DNA from: an uncultured bacterium
GTDB taxonomy: Bacteria; Hydrothermota; Tepidihabitantia; CAYHGV01
DNA: 51,313 nt
Direction: 5' to 3'
Assembly (NCBI GenBank): GCA_964356135.1
Contig: CAYHGV010000002.1
Coordinates: 1-51,313, forward strand
Positions 7,310-17,378 of the stretch are shown piece by piece (position 1 is the stretch's first letter; every line of letters begins with the position of its first letter). The translations under genes were made by a program, and so were the position numbers. Below the pieces are notes generated by a model, which was not told the DNA's origin, did no database searches, and saw only the letters and a program-made list of their open reading frames with translations.

Positions 7310-10300
7310 TTATCGTCCCCGTGTCGCTACCTTTTTCACTCCCCGCTTGAATTTGTCACCGAGCGTGTCGAAGACTTCGTACAGACAGGGAACGACGACC
7401 AGCGTCAAAAAGGTCGAGCTGAACAGCCCCCCGACCACCGCAATGCCCATCGACTTCTGTAAATTCATCCCCTGGGTGCTGCCGAGGGCAATCGGTATCA
7501 TCGCAAACAAAGTGGCAATTGCCGTCATCAGAATCGGCCGCAGCCGCACCTTGCCGGCATCGATCACCGCTTCGCGCCGGTCCATCCCGCGCTCGCGGTT
7601 CCTCAACACAAAGTCGATGAGCACGATCGCATTGGTCGAGACGATACCGACGAGCATGATCAACCCGATGAACGAGGTCGTATTGAGCGCCGAACCGGTT
7701 ATAACCAGGGCAATAATTGCACCGGTAAAGGCGAACGGGATCGAAACCATAATCGTTAACGGATGAATCAAGGATTCGTAGAGCGAAGCCAGAATCATAT
7801 AGACGAGAAGAATCGCTAAAAGTAAGACGAAGAACAAACTCGAAAAGGTCTCGGCCATGCTCTGCTGCTCACCGCCGAAGTCGTAGAAATAACCCTGGGG
7901 CATTTCGTATTTTTTGAGTACCCCGGAAATGGCACTACTCACCTGGGACAGGCTGCGTCCGGAAAGACCGGCACTGACTAAGACCAGCCGTTTGGCGTTC
8001 TCGCGCTGAACCATGCTTGGTCCTTCCGAGTAGCCGACCGTTGCGACATCGCGCAAAGGCACCGAAAACCCGATCGGGGTCGGAACCGGCAGATCCTTAA
8101 TTGCCTCGAGCGAAGCAACATCCGAAGTCGCAAGCCGGACCCGAATATTAATCTCCCGGCCTGCCTCCCGGTAGAACGAGGCTACCTGGCCTTTCAGCGC
8201 GGTCGAGATTGCATTCGATATCTGCGCTGCGCTCAGCCCGTAGCGTGCTACCCGCTCCCGGTCAAAAGAGAAGATCACCTCGGGCAACCCGCGCTCGACG
8301 CTCGTGGTAATATCTTTTAATCCCGGCACTACCGAAATCTGGTTTTTAATTTCGGCCGAAATTTCTTTGAGTTTCGCAAGGTCGTCACCAAAGATTTTTA
8401 TCTCGATCGGATGTTCACTGCCGAACAAACCGGATGCCATCGACGGCATCGTGATCTGAATATTCGGGTTCTGCGCCAACTCATCTTTGACGATTGCCGC
8501 CACGACCGCATCGGTCGTGACCCGCTTTTTCTTCCGCGCCAGGCGCACCATAATCTGGGCATCGCTCGAAGCGCGCATATCACCGGAGTGCACTCCCGAG
8601 GACCCTCCGGTCGTTCCAATAATACTCGTCACCTTATCAACATCGGAACGGCCAATAAACCGGTTTTCAATTCGCTCGACCGCCGCCGAGGTTGCATCGA
8701 CCGATGAACCCTTGGGCAGAGAAATCACCAGCTGGTACATCCCCATACTCATTCGGGGCAAAAACTCTTTATTGACTTTGATAAACAGGAAACCGGTAAC
8801 GACGAGCAGGAATCCGGCACCGCCGAGAATAATAGTTTTATAGCGCAACGACCACGCAAGCGCCCGGCCGTAAAAATTTCGTATTGCCGGATAGACACCT
8901 TTATCCTTTTCTTCCCCCATTGACTTCCCCATCCGGTAAATCTGGGAGGAAAACATCGGCACGACCGTGAACGCTATGAGCAGCGAGGCGGTCAAAGAAA
9001 AAAAGACGGTGAGGCCGAATGCCTTAAAGAGCTGACCGGCAATGCCGGTCGCAAAGACGATCGGCAAAAAGACCACGACCGTCACCAGCGTCGAAGATAT
9101 CACCGCGGTCGAGACCTCGGACGAACCGTCGATTGCCGCCTGGCCGGCGCTCTTTCCCATCCGCAAATGGCGAAAGATGTTCTCCATCACAACAATCGAG
9201 TCGTCAACCAACCGGCCTAAGGCAATCACCAGACCGCCCAAAGTCATAATGTTAATCGTCATCTTGTTAAAATACATCCCGGCAAATGCCAGCAGCAACG
9301 AAAGCGGAATTGAAAGTGAAACGATAATCGTCGGTCGAATGCTCAGCAGGAATAAAAATATGATGACAACGGCCAGGATTGCACCTTCGACTGCGCTCCG
9401 TTCGAGGCTGGTGATCGAATCCGAGATCATCTCCGACATATTGAAGACGACACTCAATTGGACGCCTTCCGGCAGTTCCTTATTAATCTGCGGCATCGCT
9501 TTTATCAACCGCTTGGCAACCTGAACACTATTCGCATCGGTTGTTTTGGTGATGTAAATCGTCAATCCCGGTTGCTGATTGATGCGCGACAAACCGGTCT
9601 CGTCCGCCAGGGCATCGTCAATCCGGGCAATATCGCGCAGGTAGATCGAAACACCGTTTTTAACCCCGACGACCAGATTACGGAGCTCGTCGAGATTTTT
9701 GAACTCGCCCAACCCGCGCACCGCATACTCCTGCTCGGCTCCTACCAGGGTACCGGCGGAGAGATTCAGGTTTTCAAACCGGATGCGGGCGATGACCTGA
9801 TCGAGCGAAAATCCGTATGCCACCAGCCGCGCTTTGTCAACATAGACCTGGATTTCCCGGTCCCGGCCGCCGCTCACCACCGTGTTCGCCACCCCGTCCA
9901 CCCGCTCGAACTTGGGGACGATCTCGTCATCCGCCAGCCGTTTCAACTCGCTGATACTCAAAGGTCCGGTCAAACTGATAAACAGCACCGGTATCTGGGA
10001 GATATCAATTTTTAAGACCAGCGGTTCGTCAGTCCCTTCGGGCAAATATTTCTTAATCATCCCGATGCGATCCCGAATTGCGGATGATGCCTCGTCGAGG
10101 TTAGTTCCCCAGGGAAACTCGGCAGTAATCAGCGATACCCCTTCCGAGCTGGTCGACTTTACATTTTTTATTCCCGGCACACTGCGCACCGCTGACTCCA
10201 GGGGCCGGGTGAGCGATTTTTCAATCTCCTCCGGAGCCACACCCGAATAGGTGGTAACAACCGAAACATTGGGAAACTTGATCTGCGGCATCAGGTCAAC

Positions 10301-10399
10301 GGTCAGGCGCGAGAGCGAGAGACCACCGAGTACGAGGATGATCAACATCATCATGACGATCGTGACCGGACGTTTGACTGGAAATTCGGTGAATTTCAT
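7310..10399 (-). CDS. RND efflux transporter permease (AcrB/CzcA family)
   Basis: The ORF is 1029 aa with the typical N-terminus MKFTEFPVKRPVTIVMMMLIILVLG. It has two large periplasmic loops and 12 predicted TM segments, and it is the last gene of the tetR-tolC-MFP-RND series. Confidence 0.9.
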   Translation of the reverse strand: MKFTEFPVKRPVTIVMMMLIILVLGGLSLSRLTVDLMPQIKFPNVSVVTTYSGVAPEEIEKSLTRPLESAVRSVPGIKNVKSTSSEGVSLITAEFPWGTNLDEASSAIRDRIGMIKKYLPEGTDEPLVLKIDISQIPVLFISLTGPLSISELKRLADDEIVPKFERVDGVANTVVSGGRDREIQVYVDKARLVAYGFSLDQVIARIRFENLNLSAGTLVGAEQEYAVRGLGEFKNLDELRNLVVGVKNGVSIYLRDIARIDDALADETGLSRINQQPGLTIYITKTTDANSVQVAKRLIKAMPQINKELPEGVQLSVVFNMSEMISDSITSLERSAVEGAILAVVIIFLFLLSIRPTIIVSLSIPLSLLLAFAGMYFNKMTINIMTLGGLVIALGRLVDDSIVVMENIFRHLRMGKSAGQAAIDGSSEVSTAVISSTLVTVVVFLPIVFATGIAGQLFKAFGLTVFFSLTASLLIAFTVVPMFSSQIYRMGKSMGEEKDKGVYPAIRNFYGRALAWSLRYKTIILGGAGFLLVVTGFLFIKVNKEFLPRMSMGMYQLVISLPKGSSVDATSAAVERIENRFIGRSDVDKVTSIIGTTGGSSGVHSGDMRASSDAQIMVRLARKKKRVTTDAVVAAIVKDELAQNPNIQITMPSMASGLFGSEHPIEIKIFGDDLAKLKEISAEIKNQISVVPGLKDITTSVERGLPEVIFSFDRERVARYGLSAAQISNAISTALKGQVASFYREAGREINIRVRLATSDVASLEAIKDLPVPTPIGFSVPLRDVATVGYSEGPSMVQRENAKRLVLVSAGLSGRSLSQVSSAISGVLKKYEMPQGYFYDFGGEQQSMAETFSSLFFVLLLAILLVYMILASLYESLIHPLTIMVSIPFAFTGAIIALVITGSALNTTSFIGLIMLVGIVSTNAIVLIDFVLRNRERGMDRREAVIDAGKVRLRPILMTAIATLFAMIPIALGSTQGMNLQKSMGIAVVGGLFSSTFLTLVVVPCLYEVFDTLGDKFKRGVKKVATRGR

Positions 10400-10408
10400 G
10401 TCTGCTCC

Positions 10409-11311
10409 CTACTTCCCTTCCCGAACCTGAACCCGGCTGCCGTCGATTAGGACGTTCATATCGCTCGTGACCAACCGGTCGCCGCTCTTGACCCCTACGA
10501 GAATCTCGACCGACTTCCCGTCGTCGAAACCAGTCTCAATGTTCGACTTGCGGGCGATGCCGTCGACATAGAGGAAGACGTACTTTTCTCCCATTTTTTC
10601 AATAATCGCATTTTTGGGAATGACGACCGTATTGTCATGGCGTCCAAGGGTAAGCTCAACCGTTGCCGACATTCCCGGTTTTAACCGAAGCTCCGGATTA
10701 GCAATCCTCACCTCGACTTTTGCCGTATGGCTCATCGGGTCGACGATCGGCAGAATATTACTCACCGTCCCCGGGAATTCCCGGCCCGGATACGCCGGCA
10801 CGCTCACCCGTGCAGCCAAGCCCTGGTGGACCTGGCCGATCTCCGACTCGATCACGTTGACAATCGTTTTGACGACAGCCATATTGATTACGGTTGCAAT
10901 CGGAACGGTCGGTGCGACCATCGAACCCGGGTCAAAGGAGATCTTGGCAACGATTCCCGCAATCGGTGATTTCACCTGGTAATTATTTATCTCGGCACCG
11001 ATTTCGTCGCGGTTGACCTGGGCAATGACCTCGTCTTTCGCCACCCGCGCGCCTTCGCGCACGCTTTTTTCGACGATCTTGCCCGGAATCTTTGAAAACA
11101 CCATCACCTGCTCCCAGGGTTCGATCATCCCCGCGAGCGAAAGCCGGTTCTCGATCGAACCGTTAACCACGGTCTCGACCGAAACCTTCAAGCCCGGGGT
11201 CGCGCCCTGGATTCCATCGCCTTGCTGCGGCGGCTTGCACCCGACCAGCACCGCCAGTAACACCATCAACGGTAAAAGTGAAAATCGTTTTATCATTCGT
11301 TCCTCCTTCAT
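10409..11311 (-). CDS. Efflux RND periplasmic adaptor (MFP/HlyD family) lipoprotein
   Basis: The signal peptide has the lipobox LVGC. The biotinyl-lipoyl-like and beta-barrel MFP pattern is present. It overlaps the tolC-like stop by 4 nt and ends 9 nt before the RND start. Confidence 0.85.
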   Translation of the reverse strand: MKEERMIKRFSLLPLMVLLAVLVGCKPPQQGDGIQGATPGLKVSVETVVNGSIENRLSLAGMIEPWEQVMVFSKIPGKIVEKSVREGARVAKDEVIAQVNRDEIGAEINNYQVKSPIAGIVAKISFDPGSMVAPTVPIATVINMAVVKTIVNVIESEIGQVHQGLAARVSVPAYPGREFPGTVSNILPIVDPMSHTAKVEVRIANPELRLKPGMSATVELTLGRHDNTVVIPKNAIIEKMGEKYVFLYVDGIARKSNIETGFDDGKSVEILVGVKSGDRLVTSDMNVLIDGSRVQVREGK

Positions 11312-12684
11312 TCGCCGATTAATTGAACCAACTTCGCACGGGCAATCAGATACCGTGATAACGACGACAGGTACTCGGTTTGAGCCGTTAACTGGGCAAC
11401 CTGGGTATCCATATATTCTAAATTGCTAATAACGCCGTTTTGATACTGCTCGTCGGCAATCCGCATCGCCTCATCCGCCTGGGCGCGATTTCCTTCCTGG
11501 CTTTTCAGAATTTCTTCTTCCTGCTTGAGATTCAGGTAGGCGCCAGTGATCTCAATCGCAATCCCTTTTTTCAACTGCTCGAAATTGAACTTGACCTGTT
11601 TGACCTGGGCTTGACGTCCTGCAATTTTACTGAGCCGGGAAAAACCGGAGAACACCGGCAGCGCAAAACCGACCGTCACATTCCAATCGGTCCCCCATTC
11701 GTTCTGGGATAACGTCACCGGTTTTTTATAATCGTAATTGAATGCCGCAAAAAGGTTGGGCGAAAAATTCGCCGCTTCGATGTGTAACGCTCCCTGTGTG
11801 ATCCTGAGGGTGTTCTGCACGATGAGAATTTCCGGTCGAGTGACGAGCGCGGAATCGATCGCACGCTCGACCGCAATCGTATAGGGCTCGTAGCCCAGCT
11901 CGCCCGCCACCTGCATCGAATCGTCGGGCTGCAAGCCGATCGCGATCTTTAAACCCGCCTGACTGAGGCTGGAACCGTTCTCCGCCCGGATGAGCTGGGT
12001 CTTTAAATTGGTAAGCCCGACCCGTGCCCGCAGCAGGTCAAGCTTGGAAATTATACCGTCGTTGTATAACTGTTCGACCTGCTTCACATGCCGCTCCATC
12101 TGATTGTAGGATTCGGTGATTAACCGTACCCCTTCCCGGGCGGTCAACGTCTGGTAAAACGCCTGGCGGGCATTAAATTTTACGCTCTGGACCGTTTTCC
12201 GATAATTCTGATTTTCGATTGCCAGGCTGTAGCGGGAAATATTATAGGCATTCAAGAGCTTCCCGCCGGTAAACAGCGTCTGCTTCACTGTTCCCCGTAA
12301 ATCATAATTATCCTGTTGCCCCATCGGTATCTTCACCGTGTCGGCTCCGATCGTCACCGGAATCTCATCGGTATATCCGATCATCTGACCGGTCTGGATA
12401 TCGTATACGCCGAGCGGCAGCATGGTATCGTGGGATGCAATCAGGTCAAACGACTGGACCGTGCCCAGCCGGGTATAGGTTCCCGAGAGGTCAACCGTCG
12501 GCAAAAACGCGGCCAGCGCAACATTCCGGTCGGCCTGCTTTTCCGACAGTTTCGCCTTGGCCGCAAGCACCGATTCGTTCCTGACGAGAGCCAGGTCGAC
12601 CGCCGCATCAAGACTCAGGGTGTAGACCTCACCGGCGACACACAAAGCCGGCACCAGCACGGCAAGACAGAGAAACCGCTTCAT
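11308..12684 (-). CDS. TolC-family outer membrane efflux protein
   Basis: It has a signal peptide and the duplicated OEP repeat pattern (LSLDAAVDLALVRNESVLAAKA..., YQNGVISNLEYMDTQVAQ). It overlaps the tetR stop by 4 nt. Confidence 0.85.
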   Translation of the reverse strand: MKRFLCLAVLVPALCVAGEVYTLSLDAAVDLALVRNESVLAAKAKLSEKQADRNVALAAFLPTVDLSGTYTRLGTVQSFDLIASHDTMLPLGVYDIQTGQMIGYTDEIPVTIGADTVKIPMGQQDNYDLRGTVKQTLFTGGKLLNAYNISRYSLAIENQNYRKTVQSVKFNARQAFYQTLTAREGVRLITESYNQMERHVKQVEQLYNDGIISKLDLLRARVGLTNLKTQLIRAENGSSLSQAGLKIAIGLQPDDSMQVAGELGYEPYTIAVERAIDSALVTRPEILIVQNTLRITQGALHIEAANFSPNLFAAFNYDYKKPVTLSQNEWGTDWNVTVGFALPVFSGFSRLSKIAGRQAQVKQVKFNFEQLKKGIAIEITGAYLNLKQEEEILKSQEGNRAQADEAMRIADEQYQNGVISNLEYMDTQVAQLTAQTEYLSSLSRYLIARAKLVQLIGE

Positions 12685-13268
12685 CGCCGCTCCTTGTTTA
12701 AACCGTACAACAGCATATTGAGCACTCCTTTTTTTGGTTGTTTAAATTTAACCGGCAGAGTATGAATCAGAAACGCGGTCCGGAGCATATTCAAAAAATA
12801 GACCGCTGCCAGTTTCGGGTCAACATTTCGGAACTCACCGCTCCTGATACCGTCCTTAATAATCCCGGCAATCTCATCAATGATCGCCCCGAGCCGCAGC
12901 AAAAGCATCGGCCCGATCCCTTTCATCAGCCGGCGGGTTAAATTGACATTTTCCATTCCGAACATCGGAAATTCGTGCTTGAAGGTAAACATGTAATCCA
13001 ACCACTCATCGACGATCCGCTGTAACTTCTCTCGGCTCGAAAGTTTCAGACGCCGGATTGCGACCAGCGAATTGACCGCCAGGGTAAAGTGCTGTTCGAT
13101 AATATCAATGTAGAGCGACGGCTTATCCCTAAAATAGAGATAGACCGTCCCTTTGGCGATCTTTGCCGACCGGGCGATATCGTCAACCGTCGTCTCAAAA
13201 AATCCTTTTTCGGCAAAGATTTTGATCGCCGCCGTAATAATATTTTGTTTTACATCACTCTGTTTCAT
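12681..13268 (-). CDS. TetR/AcrR family transcriptional regulator
   Basis: The N-terminal HTH is ITAAIKIFAEKGFFETTVDDIARSAKIAKGTVYLYFRDK. It is the first gene of the efflux operon. Confidence 0.9.
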   Translation of the reverse strand: MKQSDVKQNIITAAIKIFAEKGFFETTVDDIARSAKIAKGTVYLYFRDKPSLYIDIIEQHFTLAVNSLVAIRRLKLSSREKLQRIVDEWLDYMFTFKHEFPMFGMENVNLTRRLMKGIGPMLLLRLGAIIDEIAGIIKDGIRSGEFRNVDPKLAAVYFLNMLRTAFLIHTLPVKFKQPKKGVLNMLLYGLNKERR

Positions 13269-13323
13269 GTCCTTGTCAACGCTCCTTACTTGGTTTTATT
13301 GGTCCGTGGGTCGCATATTAAAA

Positions 13324-13341
13324 TGACTGACCAGTCAGTCA
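13324..13341. promoter_or_regulatory. Palindromic operator candidate (TetR-type)
   Basis: TGACTGAC ca GTCAGTCA is a perfect 8+8 inverted repeat. It lies between the predicted -10 (13360-13365) and the tetR ATG (13268). Confidence 0.55.
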
Positions 13342-13359
13342 CTTTAAGAAGTAGTGACA

Positions 13360-13388
13360 ATAGTATAAAAACGCCGGATTTTTGTCAA
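13360..13388 (-). promoter_or_regulatory. Sigma70-like promoter of tetR-efflux operon
   Basis: On the minus strand: TTGACA (13388-13383), a 17-nt spacer, then TACTAT (13365-13360). Confidence 0.6.
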
Positions 13389-13508
13389 GAGGTTACGGTC
13401 GAGCAATCCGGATGGCTTGTACCGACCGGTGCGTTCGAGGACACCCCGGGTTCAGAATGACAATCGTGATGTCATCGGGAACGGTCAATCAACCGATCGC
13501 GGAAAAAC

Positions 13509-15278
13509 TCAATAGCTGAATTCCAACTGGCTGGCAAAATCAACCGTCGTCGAATCGTTGTGGGTAAAACCGGATTTGACCCCCCAGCGCAGTCGTTTTC
13601 CGAACCGGAGGGTCACGATTCCCAGGGCTCGAAATCCATTTCCGGAAAATGAACGATTGCCACCGAGACCGGCGAGACCCGGTTCATAGGCGTAGATGCG
13701 GGCGGACGATGAACCGATGTTGAACCGATACCATCGGAGCGCGAGACCGACCCCCCGGGCATCGCACTCGCAATTACCAAACACCAAAAAACTCCGTTTG
13801 ACCGTCTTGTCCAGAACATAGCGGTCTTCCAACCGGAGCGATAGCGTCAACCATTTCCACGGACTATAACCGGCATCAAACCGCATCCCCTGACTCCGGG
13901 GCGAACCCTCCTTAAAACTCTCTTTTAAGACCAGCCCGAAATTAAAAAATTTTTCCGTCTTTGTAATTTCCAGTTGGAGCCGGGACGGCATCGAATCGGT
14001 TACGAAATCCCGATAGGTTGTTCCGTATAATAGGAACTGAAAACTCTTCAGCCGATAGCGGGAAGAAAAATACGCCTCGAGCCTATCATGCCGCGATGCC
14101 AATGAGCTGACCCGGCTGTGGGGTGAAAAAAACCGGTGTTGGTAGCCTCGCAGGCTGAATCCGACTTTCAACCGGTCCATATCCCCCATCAACCCGGCGA
14201 TACCGGCTAAACCATTGCCCAGCGAATAGCCGACCTCGCCATAAGTGAAATAGTTACCCCAAATTCCCGCATAGTCGGCACCGGCGACTGTGAGGTGGTT
14301 GCCGTAAAATGAATCGGTCGAATCCTCCGGGCGAAAATCCCGGTCATAGCGATTGGTATAGCCGGTAATCCCCATTGCCCAGTCCTTGCGCTTACAGGCA
14401 AGCCGGGCTCCCAACAACCGCTCCCCCAATCTATCCTTTTCCGCCCGCTCTGCCGAATCGGCGTGCAGACCATCATACGAGACGTTATCGACACTTCCAT
14501 CCGGATTGATCGTAGCATCGAGCGTTTGCGATGAAACCAACACCATCGGCATCCAGCTTCCCAGTTTCTGGGAACAGCCGATGCCGAAAAGACTCGTATT
14601 CTCCCCGCTGACGGTCTGGGGGACGAGATCATCGCCTTTACCGATATCGAGTGAAAATTCCCGCCCGGAAATAAACCCGAACGGTGCAGCGAAGACCAGC
14701 CCCTGGCCAGCCGAGATGAGAAAATTCCCCACTGCCAACCGGCGACCGGCTGCGGAATAGCCGAGGCCGGATGCCCAGAAATCGAAAAAATCGGTTTCAC
14801 CCGAATCCTTCTCGGTAATCACAACCAGGCGGCTGTTTCCTAACGTTCCGTCAATCCGGGAATAGAGCGACCGGTTTTTAAAAGACTCCGGGAAGGAAAA
14901 ATCTCTATCAACCAGCCGCAGCCGGGTTTCAAGCTCTTTTTTTATCCCCCGCTTTTTCTCGATCGTGACTGCTACGGTTACCAGTTCTGAAAGTTTACGG
15001 ACCAGTTCGGAATCAAAACCGGAAATTTTTGCAAGGTCGGCCACCTGCCTGAATCCGGATTCTTTACGATATCGTATGATCCTATCGACCAGCACCGGAT
15101 TAAGATACGGTATCGTTACCAGCTCCTCTCCGGTCGCCCGGTTCAAATCGAGCGGATGCTCTTTGAGTTCAAGCAGGACCTCTTTCTGGAGCAGCTCTTC
15201 CGGCAGGTCCTCGTCTAATTCAAAGAGCTCCTGCTCGCTCGATTGACCTACGAGCCACAGAATAAGTAAAATGGTCAT
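13509..15278 (-). CDS. Helix-hairpin-helix (ComEA-like) domain protein with large beta-rich C-terminal region, probable outer-membrane protein
   Basis: LNRATGEELVTIPYLNPVLVDRIIRYRKESGF and QVADLAKISGF are HhH repeats. The C-terminal ~450 aa have alternating beta-strand character and end in an aromatic residue (LEFSY). Confidence 0.55.
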   Translation of the reverse strand: MTILLILWLVGQSSEQELFELDEDLPEELLQKEVLLELKEHPLDLNRATGEELVTIPYLNPVLVDRIIRYRKESGFRQVADLAKISGFDSELVRKLSELVTVAVTIEKKRGIKKELETRLRLVDRDFSFPESFKNRSLYSRIDGTLGNSRLVVITEKDSGETDFFDFWASGLGYSAAGRRLAVGNFLISAGQGLVFAAPFGFISGREFSLDIGKGDDLVPQTVSGENTSLFGIGCSQKLGSWMPMVLVSSQTLDATINPDGSVDNVSYDGLHADSAERAEKDRLGERLLGARLACKRKDWAMGITGYTNRYDRDFRPEDSTDSFYGNHLTVAGADYAGIWGNYFTYGEVGYSLGNGLAGIAGLMGDMDRLKVGFSLRGYQHRFFSPHSRVSSLASRHDRLEAYFSSRYRLKSFQFLLYGTTYRDFVTDSMPSRLQLEITKTEKFFNFGLVLKESFKEGSPRSQGMRFDAGYSPWKWLTLSLRLEDRYVLDKTVKRSFLVFGNCECDARGVGLALRWYRFNIGSSSARIYAYEPGLAGLGGNRSFSGNGFRALGIVTLRFGKRLRWGVKSGFTHNDSTTVDFASQLEFSY

Positions 15279-15348
15279 GGTGATAACGCGGAGAAGCTCG
15301 GATAGACGCGGAGGTGGTTTCCTGCACCAGGGATAACGAGAAGCCGGG

Positions 15349-16122
15349 TCATTTCAGGCATATTCCCAGCCCAATCAGATGGGTCTCTTTCAACCGGGGA
15401 TGGAATCGGCAGGCGTAATCTACCCGGACCGATTTGTAACCCACCCCGGCACCGATTGCGACCAGAAACGGATTGGTTCCCATGCCCACCCTTAAAGCAA
15501 ACAGCGGCACGAGCTCGAATTCGGCACCGGCTGACAACCACTCCCCAACGCTCTTTTCTTTTATAAAATCGAGAGCCAATTTCAGATTTCCAGCAGGCTT
15601 TCTTACCGCCCCCAATCCGATTTTTGCCGGAAGCTCATCACCGGCGCTATTCCGGGGCTGGTTGAGATTATCAATCATGAACCCGACGGAATATTTCTGT
15701 TTATTCCACAAAATCCCCAGATCGAAGGCGGGAACCAAATCCGTCCCATAGCCGGCGACCGAAAGATACAATCCCTGCAGGGCAAAACCGTAGCTGAGCT
15801 CAGGGCTGAACGAAAAAGCAACCCCGACCGAAAAGGTTGCTTCCTCGTACCCCTCGGTTCCCAAGCCCATCACTCCCAATCCGAGATTGACCGGTTTTTT
15901 AAGATTGGCCGCGATTTGGCTGCTGGTAAGCCCGGCGACCGCAAACGGGTTAGTATAAGAGAAACTCAGGTCATAACCGTTGAGCTGGGCAAGCATTGCC
16001 GGATTTGCAAATACCGAGTTCTGGGGTGAAACCAGGGCGCAGGTTACTACCATCGAGCTCGAAACCCCGCCCGGCTCAACAAACTCAAAGGAAGCCAACA
16101 GGTAGAAAATAACAAAGTTCAC
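15349..16122 (-). CDS. Hypothetical outer-membrane beta-barrel protein
   Basis: GTG start. The sequence has a hydrophobic N-terminus, a Gly/aromatic-rich alternating pattern, and a C-terminal HLIGLGICLK. I assign no family with confidence. Confidence 0.45.
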   Translation of the reverse strand: MNFVIFYLLASFEFVEPGGVSSSMVVTCALVSPQNSVFANPAMLAQLNGYDLSFSYTNPFAVAGLTSSQIAANLKKPVNLGLGVMGLGTEGYEEATFSVGVAFSFSPELSYGFALQGLYLSVAGYGTDLVPAFDLGILWNKQKYSVGFMIDNLNQPRNSAGDELPAKIGLGAVRKPAGNLKLALDFIKEKSVGEWLSAGAEFELVPLFALRVGMGTNPFLVAIGAGVGYKSVRVDYACRFHPRLKETHLIGLGICLK

Positions 16123-16249
16123 TATCCCTTCCGAAAACTATCATAGACATAAAAGCGAAAATGTCAACAACCAAAACTATCAAGAAATCAACTTGATATG
16201 AACTGCGTTTAGTCATTCTACTCTTCGTTTTCTTATCAATCTTTCCAAG

Positions 16250-16278
16250 GGAACTTTATTGTGCTACCATTCGTCTAA
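16250..16278 (+). promoter_or_regulatory. ECF-type (autoregulated) promoter
   Basis: GGAACTT (16250-16256), a 15-nt spacer, then CGTCTAA (16272-16278). The AAC/CGT hallmark of ECF promoters sits about 20 nt upstream of the sigma gene start. Confidence 0.55.
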
Positions 16279-16299
16279 TTACATGAGAAATGAGGATAA

Positions 16300-16866
16300 T
16301 TGAACGACGATCGGCAATTAATCGAACAGATAAAACGGGGAGATAGCGAGTGCTTTCGACTCTTGTTCGAAAAGTACGCCCCGCGGCTCTTTAATGTCGT
16401 CAACCATCTGGTCGATGACTATGATGAGGCGAACGATATCACCCAGGAGGCGTTTGTGAAGGCGTATCAGGCGATCGGCTCGTTCAATTTTCGCTCCGAG
16501 TTCTACACCTGGCTGTACCGGATTGGCGTCAACCAGGCACGCGACCATTTACGGCGGCGCAAACATCGGATGGTCAGACTCACCACTTCCGATCAATCGG
16601 ACGCCCTTACCCCCCCTGGTCCCGCCGTTTCGCCCGATTCGAACCGCCTCCGCCTGCAGCATACCATTCGCCAGATTCTCACTACCCTCAATCCCGTCGA
16701 ACGAGAAATAATTACTCTGCGCGAGATTGAAGGGTTATCGTATGCGGAAATTGCCGAGACTCTTAAGATTTCGTTAGGCACGGTAAAATCAAGATTGGCT
16801 CGGACGCGCGAGAATGTCCGTCAGCGCTTCGGGTCGGTAAAAAATTTATTAAAGGAGTGGCTATGA
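16300..16866 (+). CDS. ECF (RpoE-like) RNA polymerase sigma-70 factor
   Basis: TTG start. Region 2 is DITQEAFVKAYQAIGSF..FYTWLYRIGVNQARD and region 4 is LSYAEIAETLKISLGTVKSRLARTRE. Confidence 0.9.
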   Translation: MNDDRQLIEQIKRGDSECFRLLFEKYAPRLFNVVNHLVDDYDEANDITQEAFVKAYQAIGSFNFRSEFYTWLYRIGVNQARDHLRRRKHRMVRLTTSDQSDALTPPGPAVSPDSNRLRLQHTIRQILTTLNPVEREIITLREIEGLSYAEIAETLKISLGTVKSRLARTRENVRQRFGSVKNLLKEWL

Positions 16867-17363
16867 ATTGTAAAAAAGTTCGTTCGTTACTTTCGCCGTT
16901 TTTCGATGGCGAATTACCCGAGCATACAAGAGTAACGCTGGCCGAACATCTACTCGATTGTGTCCGTTGCTCCGAGGCCCTGGAAGATTTTAAGGCGTTG
17001 AGGCAGCTGCTCAAGCTCAAAGAACAATTGACGATCATGCCCTCGCTCTGGTCTCGAACTGCTGCCGAGCTCCGAGCAGAGGACAGACCGAAACCCTGGT
17101 TTGCCCAAATTCATACCCCCTGGTTGAGCCGGGCAGCTGCCTTTGCCAGCGCCGTTCTCTTAATTGGTTCATTTCTCTTTATCGGTCTGAAAATCATCCC
17201 CAATGGTCAGGCGGAATCTGAACGGTATCCAGAATCGGGACCAGCCCAAACCACCCAAGCCGAGCTGCTCGCTCCCGGTTTCGTCGCCGACGCCAATCAG
17301 CTCACAAAAGATACGCTTTTATCAATTATTCTTTCGGACAATGGCGCAGCCGAACACAAATAA
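16857..17363 (+). CDS. Anti-sigma factor (zf-HC2 type, single TM)
   Basis: It overlaps the sigma gene by 10 nt. CKKVRSLLSPFFDGEL...HLLDCVRCSEAL is the zf-HC2 motif, and there is a central TM helix. Confidence 0.8.
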   Translation: MAMNCKKVRSLLSPFFDGELPEHTRVTLAEHLLDCVRCSEALEDFKALRQLLKLKEQLTIMPSLWSRTAAELRAEDRPKPWFAQIHTPWLSRAAAFASAVLLIGSFLFIGLKIIPNGQAESERYPESGPAQTTQAELLAPGFVADANQLTKDTLLSIILSDNGAAEHK

Positions 17364-17378
17364 ACTGAGGAGGATGGT

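Noticed and set aside
7347-10250. Plus-strand ORFs (7347-7766, 8411-8843, 9042-9524, 9458-10015, 9882-10250) and the minus-frame ORF 8398-8619 inside the RND gene.
   Set aside because: These are antisense or alternative-frame shadows of a 1029-aa gene with an unmistakable AcrB-like sequence. The peptides are Arg/Ser/Pro-rich and have no recognisable motifs.
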